Shown in pieces: positions 1 to 9,542 of a stretch of 37,261 bases of DNA; the first letter of the stretch is position 1, and every line of letters begins with the position of its first letter. Source of the stretch: Candidatus Hodarchaeota archaeon (GTDB taxonomy: Archaea; Asgardarchaeota; Heimdallarchaeia; Hodarchaeales; Hodarchaeaceae); the NCBI GenBank assembly GCA_016839785.1, contig JAEOTQ010000063.1, positions 1-37,261 on the forward strand, given 5' to 3'. The notes beneath the pieces were generated by a model. It did not search any database and was not told the origin of the DNA. It saw only the letters and a list, made by a program, of their open reading frames with translations. Made by a program: the position numbers and the translations under genes.

Positions 1-91
1 TATTCATAGGCATTTAGAAGTTCAAAAAATGGATTATTTGTCCTTTCTCTGGCAGTACTTGTGCTCCACACAAGTAAGTGACCCGTAAATT

Positions 92-922
92 TCATATTAC
101 TATAGATATAAGTGCAACAATCATCATAAATCCAAATATTCGTTGTAAATGAATAGTATTAACTCGTTTTACAAGTCTAGCACCAACTTGTGCACCTAGA
201 ACGATTCCAATGATAAGAAATAGCGCTAAATCTGGATGTGTTTGCCCTTGAGTGAATTTTACTCCAGCACCAGCAATACTAGTAAAAATCATGATAAACA
301 TGGAAGTTGCTACTGCTTTATGCATGGGCATTTTACCGATTGTAACGAGAATTGGAACCATGACGACTCCACCTCCAATACCTAATAATCCTGATGAAAA
401 TCCTGCAATTAAACCAAGTACTGTAGAGTAAATCTCTCGTTTTTCATATCCATACCAGATTACATCATCGTGTTCAATTTCTTCTTCAGCTGATGAACCT
501 TTTTTCCTCTCTTTTGGATACAAGATCATTTTAATAGCTATTGGAATCAGGCATACGGCAAATACTATTCGGAATAATTGTGGATCTTCAACGGCTAGAA
601 CGGAACTTGTAATACTTCCTGAAATTGATCCTATTATTGTTGTAGTTGCAATTAATAAACCAGAACGAAATTCTATTAATCCAGGTTGTCGTGAATAGGC
701 AAATGTCGAAGAAAGTGCAGTAAAAATTATCATGAAAAGAGCAGTACCAACCGCATATGCTTCATCAATACCCAGAATAATTAAAGATGGAGTAGTAATG
801 AATCCTCCCCCAACACCTAAGGCAGAGGACAAAATTCCTACAAAAAAGGAAAAAACAATAGCAAATACAGCTTGAATAGGATCTGTAACTATTGGTTCAC
901 CAATAAACTGAGTAATTGTCAT
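92..922 (-). CDS. TSUP (TauE/SafE) family membrane transporter
   Basis: About 8 hydrophobic segments with duplicated TSUP motifs (SALGVGGGFITTP and GLLGIGGGVVMVP...AVATS). ATG at 922 has a GGTTGAG SD-like element upstream; the ORF could start at 940 or 949. Confidence 0.85.
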   Translation of the reverse strand: MTITQFIGEPIVTDPIQAVFAIVFSFFVGILSSALGVGGGFITTPSLIILGIDEAYAVGTALFMIIFTALSSTFAYSRQPGLIEFRSGLLIATTTIIGSISGSITSSVLAVEDPQLFRIVFAVCLIPIAIKMILYPKERKKGSSAEEEIEHDDVIWYGYEKREIYSTVLGLIAGFSSGLLGIGGGVVMVPILVTIGKMPMHKAVATSMFIMIFTSIAGAGVKFTQGQTHPDLALFLIIGIVLGAQVGARLVKRVNTIHLQRIFGFMMIVALISIVI

Positions 923-1244
923 TAGATTAATCTCAACCATTTTTATCAAGAAATTATGAATTCTTTTCCTATTGCAAAGTATTTTGCATTCAATATTCTG
1001 GGTTTATGAGTTTTCACTAATTTTAGGAGAATTTAATCAGATTCCCATTCAAATTTGAATTTTCTAGAATCGGGGAATTTTCTTCAATTTCTGTGTGTTC
1101 GAATTGTAAATACGTTATGACAGAATGTTAGTATATTTTGTATATTCATTATTTCCATGCATAACCCTGATTCTTAAAAGAATATTCTGACAAAATATCA
1201 ATAGAACACTAAGGAAATTTTACTCACGTTTGGAACCTTATATA

Positions 1245-2498
1245 ATGAGTACCGCCGAAATTTATGGAACAAAAGGTAAGCTGCTTGAGGGTAAGCGCAT
1301 CCTAATTGGCGTAACAGGTTCCATTGCCGCAATTGAAACTCCCCATTTAGTACGAGAAATTCTTCGTTATTCTGGTGAACCTATTGTTGTCCTCTCAAAA
1401 GAATCCCTACGATTTGTAACAGCTGATTCTTTAACATGGTCCATGGGAGTACCTCCTTATACTGAAATTTCTGGATTATCCGAGCATATTAAGTGGAGTG
1501 TGGATCCAGAACAACGCGTAGATTTGTATTTACTCTGTCCTGCAACGGCAAATACTATTTCTAAACTTGCCTCTGGAGTAGCTGATGGACCAGTGTCATT
1601 AACCGCTTTGGCATGCATTGGAGCTAAGATTCCTTGTCTCATCGTGCCTGCAGCCCATAATGTGTTACTTGACAATCCTATTACCCAAAAAAACATAGAG
1701 TATCTTAAGCAATTAAACGTGCATTTTTTGTACAGTAAAGAAGAGGAGAAAAAATTCAAATTTCCTCCTTTAGATAGATTAATGGATCAAATTTTTACTT
1801 TAATAACCTCTCATAAACCTTTACAAGGTACTAAGTTTATAGTAACTGGTGGTGCGACTCGTGAATATTTTGATGATGTAAGATTTCTTTCTAATCCATC
1901 TAGTGGATTATCAGCCTTCCATATGGTTAATTCTTTACAGAATCTTGGAGCAGAAGTGTCTTTCATCCTCGGGGAAGGAAATACAGTAGATCTGGATCGT
2001 GTTACATCATCAGTATCTGTTGTAAGATCTACATCTGATATGCACACGAAGATCAAGGAACAGTTATCGAATGGGAGGGTAGACGGGTTAATTTCTGTAG
2101 CTGCAATCTCCGATTACCGACCAATCTATCAACAAGGGAAGATTCTTTCACAGCAGGATGAATTAACAATCAAACTAGAACCTACAGTTAAGATTGTAAA
2201 ATCTGTTAAAAGTGAATTTCCGTCTTTGTTTGTTGTTACGTACAAAGCTGAGGTGGGAATTAGCAAAGAAGAACTCATATCTCGTGCAACTCATTCTCTG
2301 CGAGATAATCATGCTAATATTGTATGTGCTAATTGGGTAGGAGAATCAGATAAGGGATTTGTTACGAAAGATAATGAAATATTCGTTGTGAGAGATAAAC
2401 AAGAAGTTATTGAGTTAGAAGGATCAAAGCAAACCCTTGGAAATGAAATAGCAGAGATAATCTCTGTTGAGTTCAATAGGAGGAAGGATTCACAATGA
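1245..2498 (+). CDS. coaBC: Bifunctional phosphopantothenoylcysteine decarboxylase/synthase, archaeal Dfp type
   Basis: GVTGSIAA, EH, CPATANTISKLASGVAD (flavoprotein domain); VTGGATREYFDDVRFLSNPSSG, AAISDY, CAN (CoaB domain). ATG 1245; alternative TTG start at 1230. Confidence 0.95.
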   Translation: MSTAEIYGTKGKLLEGKRILIGVTGSIAAIETPHLVREILRYSGEPIVVLSKESLRFVTADSLTWSMGVPPYTEISGLSEHIKWSVDPEQRVDLYLLCPATANTISKLASGVADGPVSLTALACIGAKIPCLIVPAAHNVLLDNPITQKNIEYLKQLNVHFLYSKEEEKKFKFPPLDRLMDQIFTLITSHKPLQGTKFIVTGGATREYFDDVRFLSNPSSGLSAFHMVNSLQNLGAEVSFILGEGNTVDLDRVTSSVSVVRSTSDMHTKIKEQLSNGRVDGLISVAAISDYRPIYQQGKILSQQDELTIKLEPTVKIVKSVKSEFPSLFVVTYKAEVGISKEELISRATHSLRDNHANIVCANWVGESDKGFVTKDNEIFVVRDKQEVIELEGSKQTLGNEIAEIISVEFNRRKDSQ

Positions 2499-3418
2499 AT
2501 ATATCGGTGATTGGAGCGGGAAGCATTGGTTCCTTATTTGCAGGGAGAGTTGCATATTCAGGTTTTGATGTGGATGTTGTGGGGAGAAAAGATCATGTTA
2601 GCAAAATTCAAGAAAAAGGACTCACTATATTAGAAGATAATCAGAATATCGTATCATTCTTTCCTGCAAAAACAGAATTTAATCCTAGGCAACAAAACTC
2701 TGATGCACTATTTGTAACCACTAAAGCTTACGATAATAATACAGTTGCAAAAACGCTATCCAATAAGATCAATAAAGAAACTCCGATATTTTTAATTCAG
2801 AACGGAATGGGAAATGAAGATATTTTTAAGAAGACATTACCAAAAAATCCAATTTATCGAGCAGTCACTACAGAAGCAGCAGAATTATTAAAACCTGCGG
2901 TAGTAAAACATGTTGCATTCGGAAAGACCTCTTTTGGGATTGTATCGGGTAAAGGAAATGGATTTAGTCGTCAAGTAGAGAAAATTCTTTCTTCATCGGG
3001 CTTTGATATAAAAGAAACTCCAAACATACAGTTGAAAATGTGGTATAAACTCCTCGCTAATGCGGCTATCTGTCCTCTTGGTACAATACTTCATGCGAAA
3101 AATGGGGAGATTTTGAAGCGACCTTCATTTGTCCGCATATTTAATGCCATTTTAGATGAGGGAATAGTACTCGCAAATCAGCTTCTTCCAGAGGAAGATT
3201 TTTCTGCTTCTCCTGATTTTATTAAAGAAGTTATCAACAAAACTCAAGACAATAAGTGTAGTATGCTTCAAGATGTGGAAAGAGGCCGCCGTACAGAAAT
3301 CGATTTCATTAATGGATTTATAGCACGAGAAAGTCAAGCGTATGGAATGAAAGCACCTGTTAATTCGGCCATTACAGATATAATCCGACATCTCGAAAGA
3401 AATCAGCAGCAGGATTGA
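2495..3418 (+). CDS. panE: 2-dehydropantoate (ketopantoate) reductase
   Basis: IGAGSIGS Rossmann motif, TKAYD, QNGMG, WYKLLANA, SMLQDVERGRRTEIDFING; ATGA overlap with coaBC. Confidence 0.95.
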   Translation: MNISVIGAGSIGSLFAGRVAYSGFDVDVVGRKDHVSKIQEKGLTILEDNQNIVSFFPAKTEFNPRQQNSDALFVTTKAYDNNTVAKTLSNKINKETPIFLIQNGMGNEDIFKKTLPKNPIYRAVTTEAAELLKPAVVKHVAFGKTSFGIVSGKGNGFSRQVEKILSSSGFDIKETPNIQLKMWYKLLANAAICPLGTILHAKNGEILKRPSFVRIFNAILDEGIVLANQLLPEEDFSASPDFIKEVINKTQDNKCSMLQDVERGRRTEIDFINGFIARESQAYGMKAPVNSAITDIIRHLERNQQQD

Positions 3419-3430
3419 GTTAAGTGAACC

Positions 3431-4315
3431 ATGAAGACTGAATTTTGGGTAGCTGCCCATCTCACGGGCCTCTTTGAAATAAATGACACTTCTACAGAAA
3501 TCCTAGAGGTCGGATCAAGAGGTGCAGGCATTTCAATTCAAAGAGGTGTAACGACTTCTATCCAACAATCCGATAAATCTTCAATAATTATACTATTTGA
3601 CGGAGTTCAACAAACATTAGCTGAGTCATTGATCACTCAAAAAGTCATCAAGTTGTTAATTCCAGAGGAAGATCAAAAAAATTTTCAGATCCACCATAAA
3701 TTTCATGTGCCTATTCGGAGTGGTTTTGGTACCTCCGCGGCTGGTGCTCTAGGAACTGCCTTCTGTCTAAATGAGTTTTTTACTCTGGAATTGAGCAAAC
3801 TTGAACTATTTCAAGCTGCACATAAAGCGGAAGTTTTGACGAAATCCGGTTTAGGTGATGTGATTGGTTTATTTCAGGGAGGATTAGAGATACGTACCAA
3901 AGAAGGAGCCCCAGGTTTTGGAAAAACCATTGGTATACGCAGGAACAATGATTGGAAAATGGCTACTGTGTCCTTAGGTACTTTATCTACTTCCTCCGTA
4001 TTATCTGATCCAGTAAAACGAGTGTCAGTGAACAATGCTAGTTCCAAGCTAATTGATAATTTAATTATGAATCCAGAATTCGATAACTTTGTCCATTCTA
4101 TTGCTGAATTCACTAGACGAGTTCAATTGTGGTCTTCTCAATTACACACCATGTTGAATAATCTTCCTGAAGATGTCATTGGGGCTCAAATTATGTTAGG
4201 TGATGCTTTATTTTTATTCTATCATGAAGAAGACGAGTTAGCAGATGTAAATATTTCATCTGATCTAATTCAGCCTGAAGAAATTTGTACGGAAACAATA
4301 AAGAGGTTAAAATGA
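3431..4315 (+). CDS. pok: Archaeal pantoate kinase (GHMP kinase family)
   Basis: HLTGLF, GSRGAG, PIRSGFGTSAAGALG, AHKAEV..KSGLGDV, GGLEIRTKEGAPG; directly upstream of PPS. Confidence 0.92.
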   Translation: MKTEFWVAAHLTGLFEINDTSTEILEVGSRGAGISIQRGVTTSIQQSDKSSIIILFDGVQQTLAESLITQKVIKLLIPEEDQKNFQIHHKFHVPIRSGFGTSAAGALGTAFCLNEFFTLELSKLELFQAAHKAEVLTKSGLGDVIGLFQGGLEIRTKEGAPGFGKTIGIRRNNDWKMATVSLGTLSTSSVLSDPVKRVSVNNASSKLIDNLIMNPEFDNFVHSIAEFTRRVQLWSSQLHTMLNNLPEDVIGAQIMLGDALFLFYHEEDELADVNISSDLIQPEEICTETIKRLK

Positions 4316-5097
4316 TGTCAAATCATGAAATTCCAAAAGATCATCCACGTTATGTTTCATTAACCATTCGAGATGCCATTATTAGTGGGATGCATCAGAA
4401 AGTCGTGGCTGAAGCAGGGTTAATTGCCCATGGAAGGGGAGAGGCATTTGATTATCTCTTGGGAGAAAAAACTCCAGACTTCGCAATAAAACAGGAAGAG
4501 TATGCTGTATTATCAATTTTAAACGCGGAAAAACCTATAATTTCAGTGAATGGGAATGTTGCAGCCCTATGTCCTGAAGATACAGTCAACTTTGGCAAAA
4601 TTCTAAACGCTCCCCTTGAAATAAACTTATTTTATCGGTCGCCTGAGAGAGAACAGGCAATAAAGAAAAAACTAATCGACGCAGGAGCAGATCAGATATT
4701 AGGTCTCGATCCAGAATATCAGGAAACAATTCCAGAAATTTCTCATCTACGACGAATAGTTGATTCTCGGGGTATTGCAGCTTCTGATTGTGTCTTTGTA
4801 CCGTTAGAAGATGGGGATCGTACTCAAGCATTAAGAAGAATGAATAAATCAGTTGTAACAGTTGATCTTAATCCTTTATCTCGTACGTCGCTCACGGCAA
4901 ATGTGTCAGTTACAAACAATATTATTAGGGCAATCCCAGAAATGATTACCATTGCAGAGGAGTTTACTCAACTCTCAAAAGATCAACTCATCGAGAAATT
5001 GAAGAAATATAATAATGAAAACCTGTTGAAAAATGCGTTAAAGTTTATGTCAGAACGATTAATGGCTCTATCGTCTAGCGATAAACTAATAATCTGA
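4312..5097 (+). CDS. pps: Archaeal 4-phosphopantoate--beta-alanine ligase (phosphopantothenate synthetase)
   Basis: IPKDHPRYVSL, GLIAHGRGEAFDYLLGEKT, ISVNGN, VPLEDGDR, DLNPLSRT; ATG at 4312 overlaps the pok stop (ATGA) and has GAGG upstream. Confidence 0.95.
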   Translation: MMSNHEIPKDHPRYVSLTIRDAIISGMHQKVVAEAGLIAHGRGEAFDYLLGEKTPDFAIKQEEYAVLSILNAEKPIISVNGNVAALCPEDTVNFGKILNAPLEINLFYRSPEREQAIKKKLIDAGADQILGLDPEYQETIPEISHLRRIVDSRGIAASDCVFVPLEDGDRTQALRRMNKSVVTVDLNPLSRTSLTANVSVTNNIIRAIPEMITIAEEFTQLSKDQLIEKLKKYNNENLLKNALKFMSERLMALSSSDKLII

Positions 5098-5106
5098 GGT
5101 GAAGAT

Positions 5107-5913
5107 TTGAAAAAGAAAACTGTATTAGATATAATGGAAATGAACGAATCTGGAAATAAAATTACCATGCTTACAGCGTATGATTATGTGATGGCTTCTA
5201 TTCTTGATGAAGCTGGAACAGATATGTTGTTAGTAGGTGATACTATGGGTATGGTGGTTTTTGGTCAAAAAACAACCCTCCAAGTCACTTTAGAGGATTC
5301 TATAAGGCATACTCAAGCAGTAGCAAGGGGTGCAAAGTCTGCAATGGTGATTGGAGATCTTCCCTTTGGTACGTTTCAAATCTCACGTGAAGATGCTATT
5401 AGGAATTCAGTGAAGTTGGTTCAATTAGGAAATGCTGAAGCGATTAAATTAGAAGGAGGAAGTGAACGAATCTCTGCAATAGAAGGTATATTGGACGCTG
5501 GAATTCCTGTTATGGGCCATTTAGGATTGACACCGCAATCTTATCACAAGTTTGGAGGATTTAAGGTACAAGGAAGATCAGAAGAAACTGCAAAAACCTT
5601 AATAGAAGAAGCTCGTGCTTTAGAGGAAGCAGGGATCTTTTCTCTAGTATTGGAAGCTATTCCATGGGAGGTTGCTAAGGAAATAACTGAATCAATTGCT
5701 ATACCGACAATTGGGATTGGTGCTGGGCCTTATTGCTCTGGTCAGGTTTTAGTTACTTATGATATGCTTGGATATTTTGATTTTAAAGCGAAATTTGTGA
5801 AAAGATATGCAAATCTCAAAGGTCAGATATTATCTGCAGTTCAAGAATATAACAAAGAAGTACGAAACAAGACCTTTCCTGATCTCACCTATAGTTACGA
5901 AAGGCCAAAGTGA
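5107..5913 (+). CDS. panB: 3-methyl-2-oxobutanoate hydroxymethyltransferase
   Basis: ITMLTAYD, LVGDTMGM, DLPF, KLEGG, MGHLGLTPQS, GIGAG..CSGQVLV.YDMLG; TTG start with GAGGTG upstream. Confidence 0.96.
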   Translation: MKKKTVLDIMEMNESGNKITMLTAYDYVMASILDEAGTDMLLVGDTMGMVVFGQKTTLQVTLEDSIRHTQAVARGAKSAMVIGDLPFGTFQISREDAIRNSVKLVQLGNAEAIKLEGGSERISAIEGILDAGIPVMGHLGLTPQSYHKFGGFKVQGRSEETAKTLIEEARALEEAGIFSLVLEAIPWEVAKEITESIAIPTIGIGAGPYCSGQVLVTYDMLGYFDFKAKFVKRYANLKGQILSAVQEYNKEVRNKTFPDLTYSYERPK

Positions 5914-6042
5914 TTGAATGATTTCGCGAACATAATTCTCGGTCATTTTCGTCATTATCGGTAATCTCTCTCTGTTCACTCCTATATAAAGGTCATAGAA
6001 GTTTTTATAAATCCTATATGTTTCTACTGATTTGACTGCGAA

Positions 6043-6306
6043 ATGCATTCCGAATTAAAGCTCGATTTCAATGGAGTAAGTAATTCACATAGTTCAACAC
6101 ACGGTATCCTAATGGAAGAGCTGAAGAAACTAAGAAAAAAGATGAGGATCATTCCTTTTCCATTTTGTGAACTGGATTGTGCGTTAATTTCGTTTTGTAC
6201 AAGGATTCAACCTTTGGAATGTATTATAAACTTGCTTCGTGAAGCAAATCAAGAAGTATTAGTTTTTAATAACAAGGATACCGAAGTTCCGTATACTTGG
6301 CATTAA
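6043..6306 (+). CDS. Small hypothetical protein (Cys-containing); may be spurious
   Basis: 87-aa ORF filling the gap between panB and the convergent XPF gene; four Cys; no recognised motif. Confidence 0.35.
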   Translation: MHSELKLDFNGVSNSHSSTHGILMEELKKLRKKMRIIPFPFCELDCALISFCTRIQPLECIINLLREANQEVLVFNNKDTEVPYTWH

Positions 6307-6322
6307 TAATGAGCGAAAGTGA

Positions 6323-7042
6323 TTACTTTTTTGAATTTTCAGACACTGAAGATTTTAACAAACGTTGATTATTCATTACATATTTTGGACCAAATCCTTC
6401 TAAAGATTCCATTGGTCCCTCAAGTCCTTTAGGGTTACCTGTTTTTGTATATACTACCTTTGTTTGAAGGATAGAGTTCAATACTTCTTCAGGACTATTC
6501 CCGAACGAATCAAGTAAGATTTCTCCTTTTTTCTGCCCTGTATTATACAATCCTTGGAGAAAGAATAATTGATCATCTCTAAGAGTTCGTTTTTTCGGAG
6601 ATTTTCGTGCAATTAGGGGGTCAGTTTTTTCTTCTTGCGTCCATGATGCAATTCGATTTAGGAGAATAGCTGTCTCACTTTTTCGAGTAGTTGGCACAAC
6701 AGGGACTTGTCTACGTAAGAAGATGTAAGTTAAAGCTCCAAAAACATGTTTTTTTCTTTTTTTCCATTCTGTGCGCTCAAAAGCTTTCTCTAAATTTTCT
6801 AAAATTAATATAGGCTGATCATAGGTTTCAATTAACCGATCTATTTGTTCAAAAAGACGATTATCCATAAGCGAGGAGATCAGATCAGCTCCTGTCTTTC
6901 GTTCACATGCTACTGTATCAGATAAAACATAATCTGCAATATCAAGCTGTTCTTCCTTTATTTCCATACCTAATTTTATTAATCTCTTTTTAATTTCCGG
7001 AGGTTCTCGATGATCTACAATTATCCTAAGAGGCAGTGTCAT
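6323..7042 (-). CDS. xpf: ERCC4/XPF-family structure-specific endonuclease, short form without helicase
   Basis: IIVDHRE, ADYVL, ERKTGADLISSLMDNRLFEQ (ERKxxxD catalytic motif), followed by HhH-like segments (LQGLYNTGQKKG, LEGFGPK). Confidence 0.9.
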   Translation of the reverse strand: MTLPLRIIVDHREPPEIKKRLIKLGMEIKEEQLDIADYVLSDTVACERKTGADLISSLMDNRLFEQIDRLIETYDQPILILENLEKAFERTEWKKRKKHVFGALTYIFLRRQVPVVPTTRKSETAILLNRIASWTQEEKTDPLIARKSPKKRTLRDDQLFFLQGLYNTGQKKGEILLDSFGNSPEEVLNSILQTKVVYTKTGNPKGLEGPMESLEGFGPKYVMNNQRLLKSSVSENSKK

Positions 7043-7068
7043 TTTCCTGCATATCCTTAAATTCGTGG

Positions 7069-9444
7069 TTATTGTGCGTATTTGTTTTTCTCAACTCTTC
7101 CAGGGATAAGATTCTTCTCTATAAGAGTATTTAGGATCGATATTATATCGGGTTGAGAGATTTCTGTTTCTTTACTGATTTCTGAAAAAGAAATAGATTT
7201 TCTTGACAGATTTGCAGGTCTTTTTAAAAATCTATTTAAAATCTCGATAGCTCGACGATGTGTCCAAGCCTGTTCACCATTAACCGATAAATAAATGGCA
7301 GGATCTGATTTTATTCTATCTTCGATGATTCCGATTGCTTTTTGATTATTTACTACTTCTAGAATCTCTAAAAGGGTGAACATAGGGAATTCGGCTTTAT
7401 GCGCGATGATTTGCATATACTCATTTTTCACCCCTTCAAGGGTAATGAATTCTCCAAGATTATTGTGAATCCCCGAAACTTTTAGAATTTCACTAATAAT
7501 TATTTGTAGAACGTCAACTGGTAGATTAATTTTGAATCCCAGAACATTGTAATTAATTCTAGTCTGATTCTGGAATTCTTTTTGTATCTCTCTTAATATA
7601 TCAGTTGTAAAGAAATGACGAGCATTTTCATCTGTTTTCCCCTGGTAATTTTGATTTAAATATTCAATAATGACTGGTTTTACATTAGATTCCAGGGTGT
7701 GTGTATTTAGGAATTCTTTGAGAGAGAGATATTGTTTCTCCTCAATTTCTTGGTGAATTAATGGATAAAGGCTTTCTAATGATATTAATTGGCCTTCAGA
7801 AGACTGATATGTGCTGATATCTAGCACTTTTTGCAGACTTTCCAGAAATGTAGGAAATTTCATATTTATGGGGGAAATTAAGTGGTTTACTCGGTCTTCG
7901 TCAATTCTGATGGAGTTTTCCTCAATTTCCTTAAACTCCTCACTAGTAATGAAAACTTGAATATCATCCAACCACCTTCCTGTTGCGTGTTGTTCAACGA
8001 TATTTCTCAAAATCGAAAACTCAACGTTTGGATTACCTAAAGTAGTTAAGAAATGATTTAAATCAATGATATGGAATTCTGAAAGAAATTCCTGGGCTTT
8101 TTGACCGATATATTGGAGAGTCAAATATCTATTCTCATTATTCAACCAACCCTCATCATTGGGAACTAGTGAACTTGTAAATTCACGTGAAACAACTTCT
8201 AAAGGTTGTTTTATATTTGTGCTAATTTTTTGCAATGGTAATAAACCGCTAGTACTAAATTCTTCTGATATTTCAATAAATGATTGAGTTCTGATATATA
8301 AATCTTCGTAGACACATTTTATATTCTCTATAGCGCTTAATAATTCCTTTACAACGGCACGCTCCATTTTGTTAAAAGGTTGAACCGTCATAATATCGTT
8401 AAGCACGAGAGAATTCTTTTCATCGAATTTCTTATTTAAAATATCCTTTAGTCCCTTTTCGGTATAGAATCTGTCTTCAGGCTGTGGGAAAAGCCTTAAA
8501 TCTAAGAAATTGTTAAGAATTATTCGTGTGGCAATAATAGATGCTCCCCATTCTTCTGTAAGATCGGATAAAGAAAATTCATTTTTGTCTTGAAGTTGTA
8601 TTGTAAGTGAGTGGATTCTATCTGACATCTGAGTTGTCAGTGTTTTAATAATCAAACTAAAATCCTGCTTCGTAACCGTAGTAGCGTGTTGTAGCAATGC
8701 AACATAATCTAATTTTGCTTTGGTCAATATTACTGAAGTAACATCATTTTCATTTTTCTTTAGAAAAGCCGCAGCAGTTTCACGTACATAATCATTTTCG
8801 TCAGTTAAATTTTCAATAAAGGGAACTACTAATTCTCTTCCACCTAAATGCTCTAATGCAGAACTTGCTTGATTTCTGGTCCAATCATCAAAATCTGGAT
8901 TCCTCATGATCTGGGTAAGAGTTCCTACCGCTTCAGCTGTTTGTATCTTTCCCAAGGTGTAAATAACCGTACGTCTTAGCCCTCCTTTTTCCTTCATAAG
9001 TAACTCTAATAATCTCTGCTCAACACCTTTGATATTTCGAGCAATGATGATATCCAAAGCGATTTTTCGGACTGCTTCACTCGGGTCCTGTAGGGCTGAT
9101 ATTGCTCGAGTAGTAACCGAGTTGTGGTTCGCGGAATTTAACCACTCTAAACTTACAGAGCGTATACTCGGACTTGAATCCTCCAATCCACGTTTGATCA
9201 GTCCTTCAAGTTGCTGGGGTTGAAGTTTGTGGATCAATGTTGAGTAAATTGTTTCGCGGATCCCGTCGTGTGGATCATTGATCATTGTTAGAAATGATTT
9301 AATGATCATTCGTGAACGGAAATTCTCAGGATTATCATTTAGGAATTTATTAAGATTATTAACCGCAGTCCATTTAACTTCAGGATCTTTATTCTTAATA
9401 TCCTTTAAATCCCATATTACTGATTCTTCCGTCAATCTCCACAA
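7069..9444 (-). CDS. HEAT-repeat protein with a C-terminal array of winged-helix (PCI/UFL1-like) units
   Basis: aa 1-~240 show PBS-lyase-type HEAT repeats (LEDSSPSIRSVS, LQDPSEAVRKIA, LTDENDYVRETAA). The rest has recurring ~60-aa units ending in beta-hairpin-like motifs (GEFIT, GQLIS, RHFFT) and a terminal PCI-like ISFSEISKETEISQPDIISILNTLIEKNLIPGRV. Confidence 0.75.
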   Translation of the reverse strand: MWRLTEESVIWDLKDIKNKDPEVKWTAVNNLNKFLNDNPENFRSRMIIKSFLTMINDPHDGIRETIYSTLIHKLQPQQLEGLIKRGLEDSSPSIRSVSLEWLNSANHNSVTTRAISALQDPSEAVRKIALDIIIARNIKGVEQRLLELLMKEKGGLRRTVIYTLGKIQTAEAVGTLTQIMRNPDFDDWTRNQASSALEHLGGRELVVPFIENLTDENDYVRETAAAFLKKNENDVTSVILTKAKLDYVALLQHATTVTKQDFSLIIKTLTTQMSDRIHSLTIQLQDKNEFSLSDLTEEWGASIIATRIILNNFLDLRLFPQPEDRFYTEKGLKDILNKKFDEKNSLVLNDIMTVQPFNKMERAVVKELLSAIENIKCVYEDLYIRTQSFIEISEEFSTSGLLPLQKISTNIKQPLEVVSREFTSSLVPNDEGWLNNENRYLTLQYIGQKAQEFLSEFHIIDLNHFLTTLGNPNVEFSILRNIVEQHATGRWLDDIQVFITSEEFKEIEENSIRIDEDRVNHLISPINMKFPTFLESLQKVLDISTYQSSEGQLISLESLYPLIHQEIEEKQYLSLKEFLNTHTLESNVKPVIIEYLNQNYQGKTDENARHFFTTDILREIQKEFQNQTRINYNVLGFKINLPVDVLQIIISEILKVSGIHNNLGEFITLEGVKNEYMQIIAHKAEFPMFTLLEILEVVNNQKAIGIIEDRIKSDPAIYLSVNGEQAWTHRRAIEILNRFLKRPANLSRKSISFSEISKETEISQPDIISILNTLIEKNLIPGRVEKNKYAQ

Positions 9445-9542
9445 TCTCCTTTCAATGCCAAATTACTTCCATCATCCAATTTATGACCCTTTGCATCAGT
9501 ATTAAACTCTTTCTTTTACATTTATTCTCGGATTTCTATCAT

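Noticed and set aside
2-88. Open frame at the left edge (IHRHLEVQKMDYLSFLWQYLCSTQVSDP*) as the 3' end of a convergent gene
   Set aside because: Plausible from its position, but too short to support without upstream sequence.
92-922. TSUP as the sulfite/sulfoacetate exporter for the ComDE-like decarboxylase
   Set aside because: The genes are about 27 kb apart, TSUP substrates are diverse, and there is no linking evidence.
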